Assembly: GCF_009914755.1 (NCBI RefSeq)
Contig: NC_060926.1
DNA: 64,000 nt
Source: the human T2T-CHM13v2.0 reference genome, Homo sapiens
Direction: 5' to 3' (one strand)
Of this stretch, positions 25,540 to 37,400 are shown one piece after another. Each line of letters begins with the position of its first letter. Positions within the stretch are counted from its first letter, which is position 1. A program made the position numbers and the translations under genes. The notes beneath the pieces were generated by a model. That model saw only the letters and a program-made list of their open reading frames with translations, was not told where the DNA came from and did no database searches.

Positions 25540-26522
25540 TTCCTTGGTGATCTCTTTAGATCCCTGTTTAACTACATCCTCATATTGTGAATGACTCCTA
25601 AAATGCTATCTTCAGCATGGGCCTATCCCCTGAAATCCAGGTGTCTATATCCAACTGTTTACTCCATTTGGCTATCTAAAGTTGTCTCAAAATTAACAGG
25701 TCTCTAAAAGAACTCAATTTTTTTTTACCTTCATTAAACGGTTTCTCCTCCAATTTTCCCAATCTGCATAAATGGCCCCAGATCATCCGTAAACCACTCT
25801 CTTTATCTGCCACGTTCCACAGTTAAGCTATCAGCAAAGTCTGGCAGCTATGCCTTCAAAATACATCTAGATCTGACCATTTCTCATGACCATCATAGCA
25901 TTTACCTTGATTCAAACCATTGACTCTTTCCTGAACAATCGGAGTAGCTTCCTACTGATTTCTCAGCGTCCACCTTAACTCCTATAATCTTTTATCCAGA
26001 ATGATCCCTTTACATTATGAACCATCATCATGTTTCTCCTTTGCTCAAGACCCTCTAATCACTTTTCATCTCACTCATAGTAAAAGCTTTAGTCCTAGGG
26101 AAGCCCACACAGTGGCATCTGCCTTGGTTCCACGGTACTTCTTGCTCCTCCTCTTCCCCAACTTGACTCTGCTTCAGCCACATTGATTTCTATAAATGGC
26201 TCATGCACCATCCTGCTCTTGCTATTCCTTCCACAAATGGTCAGAAAGTTTTGCTCCTTTATTTTCTTCATGTCTTTTATCAAATAGACCTTCCTTCCCT
26301 GACTACCATGAGGAAACAGTATCCATTTCCCTCCTCCCAGTCCTCTGTTTCTTACTTTATTTTATTTTTCTTCCTCACACTGATCACCACCTGATATGTT
26401 ATCTATTTATCTCTCTTTCTCCTTGAGATCAGGGACTTTTTGTTCAGGCTGTATCCTTGGGGCCTAGAACTGTATCTGACACATAATAGGGACTTAGTAA
26501 ATATTGAATAAATGAATGAATA
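25540..26522 (+). mobile_element. L2 LINE 3' portion
   Basis: Pyrimidine-rich L2-like body ending CCTAGAACTGTATCTGACACATAATAGGGACTTAGTAAATATTGAATAAATGAATGAAT. Confidence 0.8.
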
Positions 26523-26666
26523 AAATAACTGGTATGTTTTGAAACATGACTTTGTTGAGACCCTCCTTAAAGTGTCTGGATTTCCAACTGCAAATAGATT
26601 TGTAGTTATTACATGGATTTGTGAAAATTTTAAGATTGGATTAGAAGGGCTTTTTTAAGTCAGTAG

Positions 26667-26694
26667 TTTTTTTTTTTTTTTTTTTTTTTTTTTT
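26667..26694. repeat. Pure T28 homopolymer
   Basis: Uninterrupted T run with no attached Alu or L1 body. Confidence 0.9.
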
Positions 26695-27249
26695 ATTCTA
26701 TCATGTTTTCCTCCAGAGATTTGGGAGCTGTTTCTCTTATTCACTTGTTCAGAGCCAATGAATGTTACCCTTTAGTTTGCCAAAGTGGTTGCTGAGTGAT
26801 GAGGCATTTCATCCCTCAGGGAGCTTTAAGTACTGCCCGCACACCATGTATAGTCACTGCTGGCTATGATCAAAACTGTGGAATTGATCAAGTCAGAATC
26901 TCCTACTAGGAAGTACAGGCAAGGGGCATTCAGACTCTGGGTCAGCTCTGGGAGCCTTTCAAATCTTCCCACTGGCACTTGTGTGAATTTCTAGTGCTCA
27001 TGAAAGTGAGACACCCAAGGGAGTCTGCTGCCGTCTAATACACCAAAGGATTCCCATAGAACTTCACCCACAACTCTGCAGAGATCCAGGTCTCATCACA
27101 GACTTTTATAACTGAAGTTCTAATAAAATATTATTTGAACCAAGAGAAAAATCCCTTGTGGGTTTTACTGCTGCAGCTACGGCAGTAAAGAACTTGGCTT
27201 TTTCTCATTAGGGTGATTTACCTTTACAGGCTATTGAACCATTGCCTAG

Positions 27250-27440
27250 CAATGGGTTAAGAGCTTGAAATCAGAGTGATCTGGGTGCAAATCTTTGCTA
27301 AGATGATTACTACCTGAGTGAATTTAGACAAGTTACCTAAACTTTTTCAGTTGTTTAAATTGGTTAAATGATCAGTTGGCTATCTCACTGAAACCCTACT
27401 GGCCAAGTACTTAGTAAATCACCTGGCTTAGCTGGTTGCT
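27250..27440 (+). mobile_element. MIR SINE, degraded
   Basis: GGTTAAGAGCTTG...CTGGGTGCAAATC...GACAAGTTACCTAAAC. Confidence 0.65.
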
Positions 27441-28577
27441 GTCATTTTTATCTTTTAAATACCTTCCTTTGCCTTACATAATCACTAAAAGTATTCAGGA
27501 AAGTATTCTACTTAAAATATAGCATAATTTTTATTCCTGATTTATGATGTGCTAAAATGTAAAATGCATTACATCCCAATTAAAAGTAACTTTATAGTTT
27601 CCTAAATTATCTTAAGGTGCCATAATCTATGTTACTTAGATTTCAAGTGTCATTTTATAATCATAAAAAGAATTAATGTGAAATTTCTATTTTCTATTTA
27701 TATATAAATATTATGGCTTATTTTAATCAATTTAAGATAAATGTAGAAAATGAGCATATTCTAACAAATATGTACATGTAGAAAATTTTTAATGTGAATA
27801 CCCTAGCTGAGTTCAGGGCACATAATAGATATTTAAGAAATGTTGATGTCCCCTCATCCCAACATCTACATAAACTTTAACATAACCTGAACTTCATATA
27901 GCAGTCCATGACAAAGATATTAGTTTTTTAATGTTTTGAATATTAAAATAGTTTCTATTTTTAATATTGCCACTTGGCTATCTGACATCTACAATTTCTA
28001 GTGCAGAAAATAAGAGTTGTGTCTATATTTTATTATCCAGAGTGGTCTCTTTAAATTGTGAATCATTATCTTGTCATTGCTTTGTAAAACTGTCTGCTGT
28101 CTGCCAAGATTCAGCCATTCATGTATTAATGCAGCCAATATTTATTAAGTGCCTGCTGTGTACCAGGTACTGCTCTAGGTGGTGGGCATACAAGTATGAA
28201 CAAGAAAGACAAGGTCTTTCTCTTTCAAGAGGGTTAAATTCTAATGTGGAATGATAGATCATAAACAAGCAAAGAAATAAACAACCAAGATAATTTCAAA
28301 TTTTTCATGAATGGTAGAAAAGGCTGAATAATCAAGGATAGGGATGTTCCTTTAGATAACTGGTCAGAGGCAGCCTCCCAGAGGTGGTGCCCTCTGAGTC
28401 AAAACCTGAAATTTGAGTTAAAGTAGCCAGCCTGGGAGAGTCAAGGAAAAGCACTGAATTTAGAGGGAAGAGCAAACCCAAGGCCCCTGAAGCAGATAGG
28501 AGTTTAGGGTGTTTAAAGGCCAGTGGGTGCACCAGTCTGGCTGAGCACAGTGAGGGGCACTGACAAGAGACAGTGAG

Positions 28578-28720
28578 TGTACCACTGCACTCCAGCCTGG
28601 GTGACAGAGTGAGACCCTGTCTCAAAACAAACAAAACAAAACAAAACAACAACACAAACATAATTTCACTACCTGTTGAAAAAGATAAACTTGGCAATTG
28701 GGTGCTTAATCCACTGCAGA
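28578..28720 (+). repeat. Displaced direct copy of 29061-29190 (Alu 3' end plus flank) bracketed by AAGAGACAGTG
   Basis: Near-identical to 29061-29190; 11-bp direct repeats at 28565-28575 and 28721-28731. Confidence 0.93.
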
Positions 28721-28848
28721 AAGAGACAGTGGGAGACTGTCACCAGGACGTATAGCATCATGTAGTCCAAAGAAGAGTGTTCAGATTTCATTCTAAATTC
28801 AATCAGAAGCTGAAAGAGCATTTTAAATAGGAAAATAAAGATACTTTT

Positions 28849-29147
<299 letters not shown>

Positions 29148-29708
29148 TCAAAAGATAAACTTGGCAATTGGGTGCTTAATCCACTGCAGACAGGAAAAAA
29201 AGTGAGAGCTAGAAGCTCAGATTGGTGGTCATTTCAGTAATCCAGGCTAGAGATGGGGGAAAACTTGCTGGTTTAGACCAAGGAGGTAGTAGGAGAAATA
29301 GAGTTACAGAAGGATCAAATCTGACAGATAAAAGTGGGAAAATCAAAGACCCCTGGATTTTCAACTTGAGCAAGTAAGGAAAATTGGGGATGGGGGAATC
29401 TTAGCACAGATTTTGACAAGATGGGGAATTATCATGAGTCTTGTTTTTGGTATGTTAAAACATTTTTATACAAGTAAAAATGTCAAATATGCTGTTGGAT
29501 TTGGGTCAAGGCTGAGGAGACGCATTTAGGAGGAATTGGCATCTGGTGGTATACAAATTCACAGGGCTAGGAAAAAGTATGGCTAGAGATCAAGCTCTGG
29601 AGCACTTCAACATTTAGAGGTCTCATTTGTAAGAAGCAACTAGCAAAGAAGATAGGGATGGAGCACACAGAGAAGGGGGAGAAAAACCAAAAACATGTGT
29701 CCTTGAAT

Positions 29709-29756
29709 GATGATAATGATGATGATGATGATGATGATGACGACGACGACGACGAC
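29709..29756. repeat. Compound trinucleotide STR ending (GAT)7(GAC)6
   Basis: Counted directly: GAT 29718-29738, GAC 29739-29756. Confidence 0.95.
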
Positions 29757-29759
29757 TAG

Positions 29760-29970
29760 CAATCACGGTGCCAAATACTGCTGTGATTGCCTTACATTCA
29801 ATCCCCTCAATTTCAAAAGGTAGGTACTATTATTACCCCCATTTTACAGACAGGAAAACTGAGGCACAGTGGGGTTAAACAATTTTCCCAACTTTATACA
29901 GCTCAAAAGTGGCAGATGTAGGATTCAAATCAAAGCTATCTAAATCCAGAGGCTATGTTCTTAACAACAA
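29760..29970 (-). mobile_element. MIR SINE
   Basis: GGTAGGTACTATTATTACCCCCATTTTACAGACAGGAAAACTGAGGCACAG. Confidence 0.9.
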
Positions 29971-30300
29971 CCTGATATCACCTCTCTGATTTGACAGTGA
30001 AAAATTTGTTTTGTTTTTCTGAGGGTACAGAAAAAATATATCAAGTGTCACTGAGAGACAAAATAAGATGATAGGAAAATACCTGTTGGATTTATAATAT
30101 GGAGGTAAGTAAGGTGGTGACTTTCATGGTAGTTTCTCAGTGGAGTATTACTAATGAAAGACAGATAGATGGGGGTTAACAAGTGAGCAGGGAGTAGAAA
30201 GTGAAAGCCACAGATTAGACCACTCTCGTGAGAAGTTCTATTGTAGAGCAGAAAAAGAAATGGCACTATAGCTAGAAAGGCATTTGGGACTCAGGGGAGG

Positions 30301-30780
30301 TGTGCTGGTTAGGACCTCAGGAAGGCAGACCTCAAGATGGAAACCAGAAGTACAAGAGATTTATTGGGATAATGATTTTGAAATATAAGGGAGAGAAGGA
30401 GCAGGAGTAGACAGGGAAAGCCTTCAGATCATGACATGTGTGAAAGGTGAGGGGCAGGAAGGAGGATTAAGTAGGAAAAGCCTGTGATTAGGGTGCAGCT
30501 CTGAGAAAGTCTCAGCCAGCCCAACCAGGGAGCTCTGTCATAAAGACTGCCCACAGGGGAGCCTGTGAGTTGGAATGGCTGGGAATCAGGAGCGTTGTAG
30601 TGATTGTGCTCAGTCCTTACCTAGGAGTTATGTCAGGAAAAGCCTGGCCTTAGCTTAAATGCTGTGGTGGATCCCAAAGGTGCTATAGCTGGAGGCTGTC
30701 ACCTAATTGCATTCCTGGCAGCTGATCAGCAAGGCCTTTGTTAGAGAGAGGCTCAGGTAGCACACTCCCTGGCCACCATA
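30301..30780 (-). mobile_element. ERVL-class solo LTR (LTR16/33/41-like)
   Basis: TGTGCTGGTTAGGACCTCAGGAAGGCAGACCTCAAGATGG...CAAGAGATTTATTGGG start; GGCCACCATA end. Confidence 0.6.
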
Positions 30781-31055
30781 GGAGGGTTATACATTTTCTA
30801 TATGAGGGCTCTATAATGTTGGTATGCTCATGGAATCAAGGAGGTATAATGGAGCTAACACCATCACTTAATTTACAAAAATTAGCAAAGAACTTAATTT
30901 TGTTTTATTGATACTTCTAATACCAACATTTCTTGACAGAAGAAAAATATTTCCCAATATTCATTTAAATGGTGCCAACAAAAGTATTTTTAAACAGATA
31001 AAAATCATTTTCCTAGAAGATATCTCATTGAATATCAAATCTAGACACTTAACTT

Positions 31056-31965
31056 CTATAATTCAGTAGCAAAAACAAAACAAACAGAAAACCAAATAAC
31101 CTGATTTTAAAAATGGGCAAAGGACTTGAATAGACATTTCTTTAAATGTCTATTCTATAAATTCCATAAAGACATACAAATGGCCAACAGGTATATGAAA
31201 AAGTGCTCAACATTGCTAATCGTCAGGGAAATGCAAATCAAAACCACAATAAAATATCACTTCATACCTGTTAGGGTGGGTGTTATTAAAAATATTGACA
31301 AAGATGTGGAGAAATTGGAACCCTCGTCTATTATACTCTTGGTGGGAATGTAAAATAGTACAGCCACTATAGAAAACAGTATGGAGATTCCTGAAAAAAT
31401 TAAAAACAAAACTACCATATAATCCAGCAATCCTACTCTAGGTATTTATCCAAAAGAATTAAAATCAAGATCTCAAAGAGATATTCACACTCCCATGTTC
31501 ACTCTAGCATTATTCACAATAACCAAGATATGGAAAAACTCTTAATGTCCATCAAAGGATGAAGGAATAAAGATATTGTGGTATATACATACAATGGAAT
31601 ATTACTTAGCCTTGAAAAAAGAAAATCCTGCCATATGTCATGACATAGGTGAACTCTGAGGACATTATGCTAAGTAAAATAAGCCAATCACAGAAGAACT
31701 AATACTGTATAATTCTACTTATATGAGGTATTGAAAATAGTCAAAACCATTGAAGAAGAGAGTAGAATGGTGATTGCCAGGGGCTGGGGAGAGGGAGAAA
31801 TGGAAAGTTTAGTTGGTATAAGGTTTGTTATGAAAGATGAAGCTCTAGAGATCTGCTGTACAACATTGTGCCCGTAGTTAACAATACTGTATTGAACACT
31901 TTAAAATTTGTTAAGAGAACAGATCTCATTGTTAAATCTTCTTCTATGATAAGCTGTTTAAAAAA
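31056..31965 (+). mobile_element. L1MA/L1MB 3' end (ORF2 C-terminus remnant plus 3' UTR)
   Basis: ORF 31126-31353 ([26 protein letters not shown]) is L1 ORF2-like; 3' UTR AGATCTGCTGTACAACATTGTGCC. Confidence 0.95.
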
Positions 31966-34277
31966 TCTGGACACTCAAGTTTGAGCAAACAAAGTGAAGG
32001 TTCATAAATTGGGATTCCTCAGTTTGGGCCTGTCTGAATTCACATGGCCCAAATAGGGTATAAGAAGCAAAATTCTGACGTACAGCATGCCCACAAACTT
32101 AACTGTCATATTTCAAAAGTTTAGCTAAATCCCATAATTGGGTACTGACTTGAAAAGCTTCCTTGTAGACTTTTAATTATATCTAATGAGCTCAAAATAA
32201 CTAAATGCCATTAAAGCTGTTTTTTCTTACTGTGTCCCTAAAATGGTAATTTAAAAATACAAGTGAAAAGCTTGAGTGACTAGACACCAAGCCAAATTGT
32301 GTAATATCACAGAATTAAACTATAAACTATTTTTTAATCTAGAAACTCTTTTTTAGTAGTGAAATGACATTAAAGCAATCCACAAACATGGGTCAAAAAG
32401 TATTGAGAAACTACCTCTACTTAAAATACTAGGCTTGCTGCCTGCTTAATTGGATAGAAGGTCATTTGCATAGGCTGCGTAAAAGTTAGGAATTGGTGTT
32501 GTGTTTGTTTCACTTGGGCTGAAAGACCAACTAAATGCTATGGATTGATTGTAATTCAAAAAAAAAAAATACACAATACTCCCTCTCTCAAATTAAAAAA
32601 AATACAAAAACTCTCAGATTACCAAAAAAACATAGGCAAGATTGTTAATACTAGATCAAAATGTACACACATTTGAATCAATATATTTGTGTGCATGTGA
32701 AAAAATAATATATTATTTTTCAGTGTTAATGGGCCTCCTATTATAAGTAGAATAATTCCTGACATGTTAGTTGCCTGGAGGGTTTTTGGTGAGGATTACT
32801 CTAGTAATCTGAGGTGGCATTATGGCAATGCTATAGGGGCATACAAAAATACTCACAGCTACCCTGTTCCCTGGGAATTTGGACAGGTAATCCCATATGG
32901 TTCATAGGACTTGTTATGTATGGTAGAGAATGATTCCAAAACAATAGAAACCACCAAGGGATATTAAGAGGGAGTTAAATATGAAGAGACCTTTGCTTTT
33001 CTGATGAAAATAGGGCTACCGGCAATTGTGGCCAGTGGTTGCCAAAACCGTGTCCTCTTCAAATTAATTTAGATGATAATTTTGTTCAAGAACTTGATCA
33101 TAGAAACACTTAGTTTATACAACTACTTGTTTCAAAACAATACCATAATAATCTCATTGCAAATGTCTGACTGTGATGCTCCAGAGTTCAGCTACTGCAA
33201 ATGTGTCTTTATGGGAATGATTAGGAGTAATTCTAATGGGAAAGAGTGAAAATTCAAAATTCTTGACTGGCATGGTTGAAGGCACAAAACTGCTGCCTCT
33301 ATACTTCTTAGTGAAAAACAGCATTGGACATACCAGGAACAGCAATCTGCTCCTCTTAGTACCTTGCATTTATGAAGTGATATCCTCCAGGAAGTACATG
33401 ATGCTGGGCATCACATCATGCTCTAGGCAACACCATGAGTGCTTCATTTTCACAAAGACCCAAGGGGTGAGATGAAATAATTCTCATATTCATAAATTAG
33501 GAACTATAATTCTGCAGAGCAAAACTGATTTTGTGCACTCAGGCAGTGGGATTAAGTTAATGCCACAAGCTCTTCTCTTTGTGAAAAGTACATTTCTCCT
33601 GGCTGAAGAGAGCAGCAATAATTACTCAAAATTCCTGAAGTAGGCCAACCATTTGTCCAGAGGGCAAAGAAATCCTGCTTGACTGGCTTCCACCCGAAAC
33701 CAGTGTCAAGTTCCTGACCTTATGAACTCCCCAGAACAATATTCGGTGGAAAAGGAGGAGCTGTTCTCTTTAGCTTCTTTTCTATTTTTTTTTTTTAAAT
33801 AAGAGCAAGCAATGTGGTTATGTTTTTATTGGCACTCAAGATTATTTCTGAGAGGAGAATTGCTATATTTAAAAATGGATTTTTATCCTTTATAAGTTGG
33901 GTGAAATTTTTCTTAGTTTCACTTTCTTAAAAAGGTAGTACTTATTAAGGGAACCCTTCCTTTCCTTATGGTGGGTGGTGCTGGCAGATGAACAAGCCAC
34001 GATTATGCATGTAGTCAAAGAGTTTGCTTTATAAGATGTTATTCTAGACATCAAATACATTATACACATGTCATTTCAAAAAGTTCAAAGTCAAAGATAA
34101 AAATATATTTAGCAAATAAGAAAACAGCCTGAATGAGAGGGAGTCAAGTTTTTGGAAATGAGAAATCAACTTAAGTGTTATCAGTAATCTAACGCCTTTT
34201 TTTCTCTAAGTGTCTTCTGAGTGGGTCGGGTGACAATTGGTCCCAGGACTGGAGGAAAGAGACTTGACTATCTAAAG

Positions 34278-34460
34278 CAGTGGCTCTTAAAAAGTGGGAC
34301 GTCATAGAGCTCCTTGAAAATTAGATAAAAGCTAGGAAGGCACACCCTCAGGAGAGAAAAAAAATAGTTCATTAGCTTACAATGAAATTTATATAGAATT
34401 TCAGGAATTTCATAACTCCCCTGAAATGCATCAATGGATCCCCACCCCAAAGTTTATGAA
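34278..34460. mobile_element. hAT-Charlie-type MITE remnant
   Basis: Starts CAGTGGCTCTTAAAAAGTGGG after CTAAAG; degenerate right end. Confidence 0.35.
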
Positions 34461-37400
34461 TAAGGCTTGTGTAAGGAAGGGGTGGAATTCTCAGCTCTAT
34501 TCCACCAAGTTTTGGGAGACTTTGTCTACCCTGCCAACCCCAACCTATCACTGAAGTCTTTAGTTCCTCCTAGTCAGCTCCATTGCTCTGAGCTTGGTGG
34601 CTATGAAGAAATGCAGGTGGGTCAGCATTAGCAATGACTGGTTCTTCATTAGCACTAGCTATGAAGCAAATGCTGTACCCTATCTTCCTCAAAAGGTTGA
34701 GTTCTTAAAACTTCAACCACACACAAGCCATTGCAAAACTCACTTGGAGAGCTCTGGAGGTCCCTTATGAGAAGACACACATGATTTCAAAACTGATTCT
34801 AGCTGGGTGGTTTTGTAGTTGCCTGAATGAAATGATCTGTCAATTTTAGCTTTGTTCTTAGGAGAAACATAGCCCCATCTTGAAACATTCTTTATAATCA
34901 GCTTGGATAATCCTCCTACTCCCAAATTCAAAGATTAAAAGTACCTGGAAAAAGAACTAACCTTTCTCTTCTTGAGACATTCCCTCCAGGGCAGGCCGAA
35001 GGTATATTGGGAAAAGCAGGGAGGGAAAGCTTATCATTTTTCTATCCATAGTATCCTGAGCTGTCAACTCAGCAGCTTTCACAAGGACTAAACCTACTTT
35101 TAAAGAAAGGAGAGCTTGAAAGTGTTGTACCATTAGCTATTCTGATTCTAGCCCATGCCAGGAAGCAAAGGTTCTTATTATACCATGTTCTATTTTTGAT
35201 CTAATCCGTATCAACAGCCTGAAGTCTCAGCATGGTAATGCTGGGGAAATTCTTTGATGATAATTGGAAACTGTACTGCCTTGCCCCTTAAGTTATACAA
35301 TCTGACTGTCACTAGAAGTGTCATTTGGACTATAAAGAGTCAGGGATAAGAAAAGTGGGCATCTGAAATCTACGTGGAAGATGCAGTAGCAAGTCAGAGC
35401 CTCTTGTGAAAGTTCTGTTGGTTAGGTTGGGATATCGAAAGAAGAAGATGTGTCCCCTACCCTGATATTTCAGAGCCTCAAGACACTCAGTAAACCAACA
35501 CTCAAATTCCTGGACTGCATCACCTTTACTTTTTGTGCAGACAACACAATATGGGAAGAAAAGTCATACTACATAGCAGTTATTAAAAACAGTTAAATGT
35601 AACACCAGGCGTTAAAACCTAGTACCTTCTTGTCATGATAAAGATTGTAACAAGAACAGGAAATGGCACAGCACAAATCCGTTTTCATGATAATGATCTC
35701 GTGAATGTAAAGAGCATAGGAAATGGAACAAATGTAACCCTATTCCATTACCACCTTCAAACGGTAACCTCCTTGTCCTAGTCACATGCCCTACTTATGG
35801 TCCTGATTAAAGCACAAAGGAAATCATAAGACTGTGACTCTGAGGGAACGAAGCAGCTCCCACTTATTTGTGTGCGTGTGTGAGCACACATCTTTCCTTC
35901 TTTGAACTAAGTTGCACCAGGCAATTCCTTACAGCTGATTCCCCAACTTTGTCCTGAATAAAGCCGGTCAGACATGGGAGGGACAAAGAAAGCTAAAAAC
36001 CAATGAGTCATCTGGGAATAGATGTTCTCTTTACTACCCTTTATCAGAATGAGGAAATGATGCCTTCCCCCCAAATAGAGGCAGTAAACAGTGAAGATGA
36101 CTGAATGCTTTTCTTCTGTCTAGCCTTCATAGCACCTCAGCTTACCAAGGAAAATGGAGCTTCTGTCTCATAGTGAGTGTGTTCTCTCTTCCCTACCTAA
36201 AGAGGCTGCAACATGATTAGGGCTCGTCTAGAAGTACAAAGGAAGATCTCAGGGACACAAGGAAGCCAGAAATAGTTGAGGTCAATCAGGCCAGGTTAGG
36301 GTTGGTGCTGCCATACTATATTCCTCTTTGACCTGGGCATGTTTTCCAGGAGGATCTATTTCCCTTGGAAAGCTCTTTAAGTAACACTATGTGAAATTTA
36401 TAATAAATCCTCTCACCCCAAGATGACTGCTTCAGATATGAGGGGGAGTAGTGAGGAATGATGGCTGAGTTTGCCAAATAAATACGAGGGAAGATGAAAG
36501 CCAGATTGCCTGGAGTACTGTGCCCACACCCTGCCTCAACCAAATGTCACTCACTCTGCCCAGCTGGCTAGTAACTCCTTACATGGCATCCAAGTATCTG
36601 TACTATACATTTTCTTCTACTGGGGCTTTGTCCAGGCAAGCAAGTCTGAATGCACTTTACATTTCAGGCATCTTGGATATCTGTTCCTTCCAGATGATAT
36701 CCCAGTTACCAAATGGCCCTGATTGGTTAATGAGGAATGCAATCCTGTTCCTTGCCCTGGCTATTTGTCACTTGTTAAATGATGTTAGGAGATTCCCAGG
36801 TGATTTCACATCTGAAGACTGTAATTTGTGGCCTCCTTATCAGATGCCATGCAAAATGTTTTCTGTGGGTCACAACAGTTTCCCAAGTATCCTATCTTGA
36901 TTCCCAAGATAGATTACACTGGAATTATCTTTTCAAAGAAAGGAAGGAAGCCCTACATTTCAAACAGTCTAAAGTAGGTTATAAGGACTGAAAAATAATC
37001 ATTTGGGGACAATCTTACATGAGAAAAAGAATATATTGTAAAAACTGGCTAAGTCAATTCTAATCTATAATGTCTTTTAGAGGTTTTTAACTGTATATGA
37101 TTGTAGGGAATCAAAACCACAGATCTGTTTTTACTTATTTCAAAACATTCTATAATGCTCTTTAAAAAATCATATTATAGGATAACTGGAATCTAGGTAA
37201 GATTACTATTAAATACATTGCCATTCTCCATTTCTTTTTTACTGTATTTACCTTTGCCTTTTTATTCCCAAATGACTAGTTTTGCTGCACAGCAATTTCT
37301 TTTCATTCTTTCACTACTCTAGGGGAGACAATGTGTTAGAATAGAAACGGAACTAAACCAAGAACAGTGTGAGGAGGAAGATCTCACTAGCTGTGAGGCC

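Noticed and set aside
26667-26694. T28 as an orphan poly(A) retro-insertion
   Set aside because: No flanking TSD visible; a slippage-expanded homopolymer suffices
32701-32720. 20-bp perfect palindrome AAAAATAATATATTATTTTT
   Set aside because: Low-complexity A/T only; expected by chance in this composition
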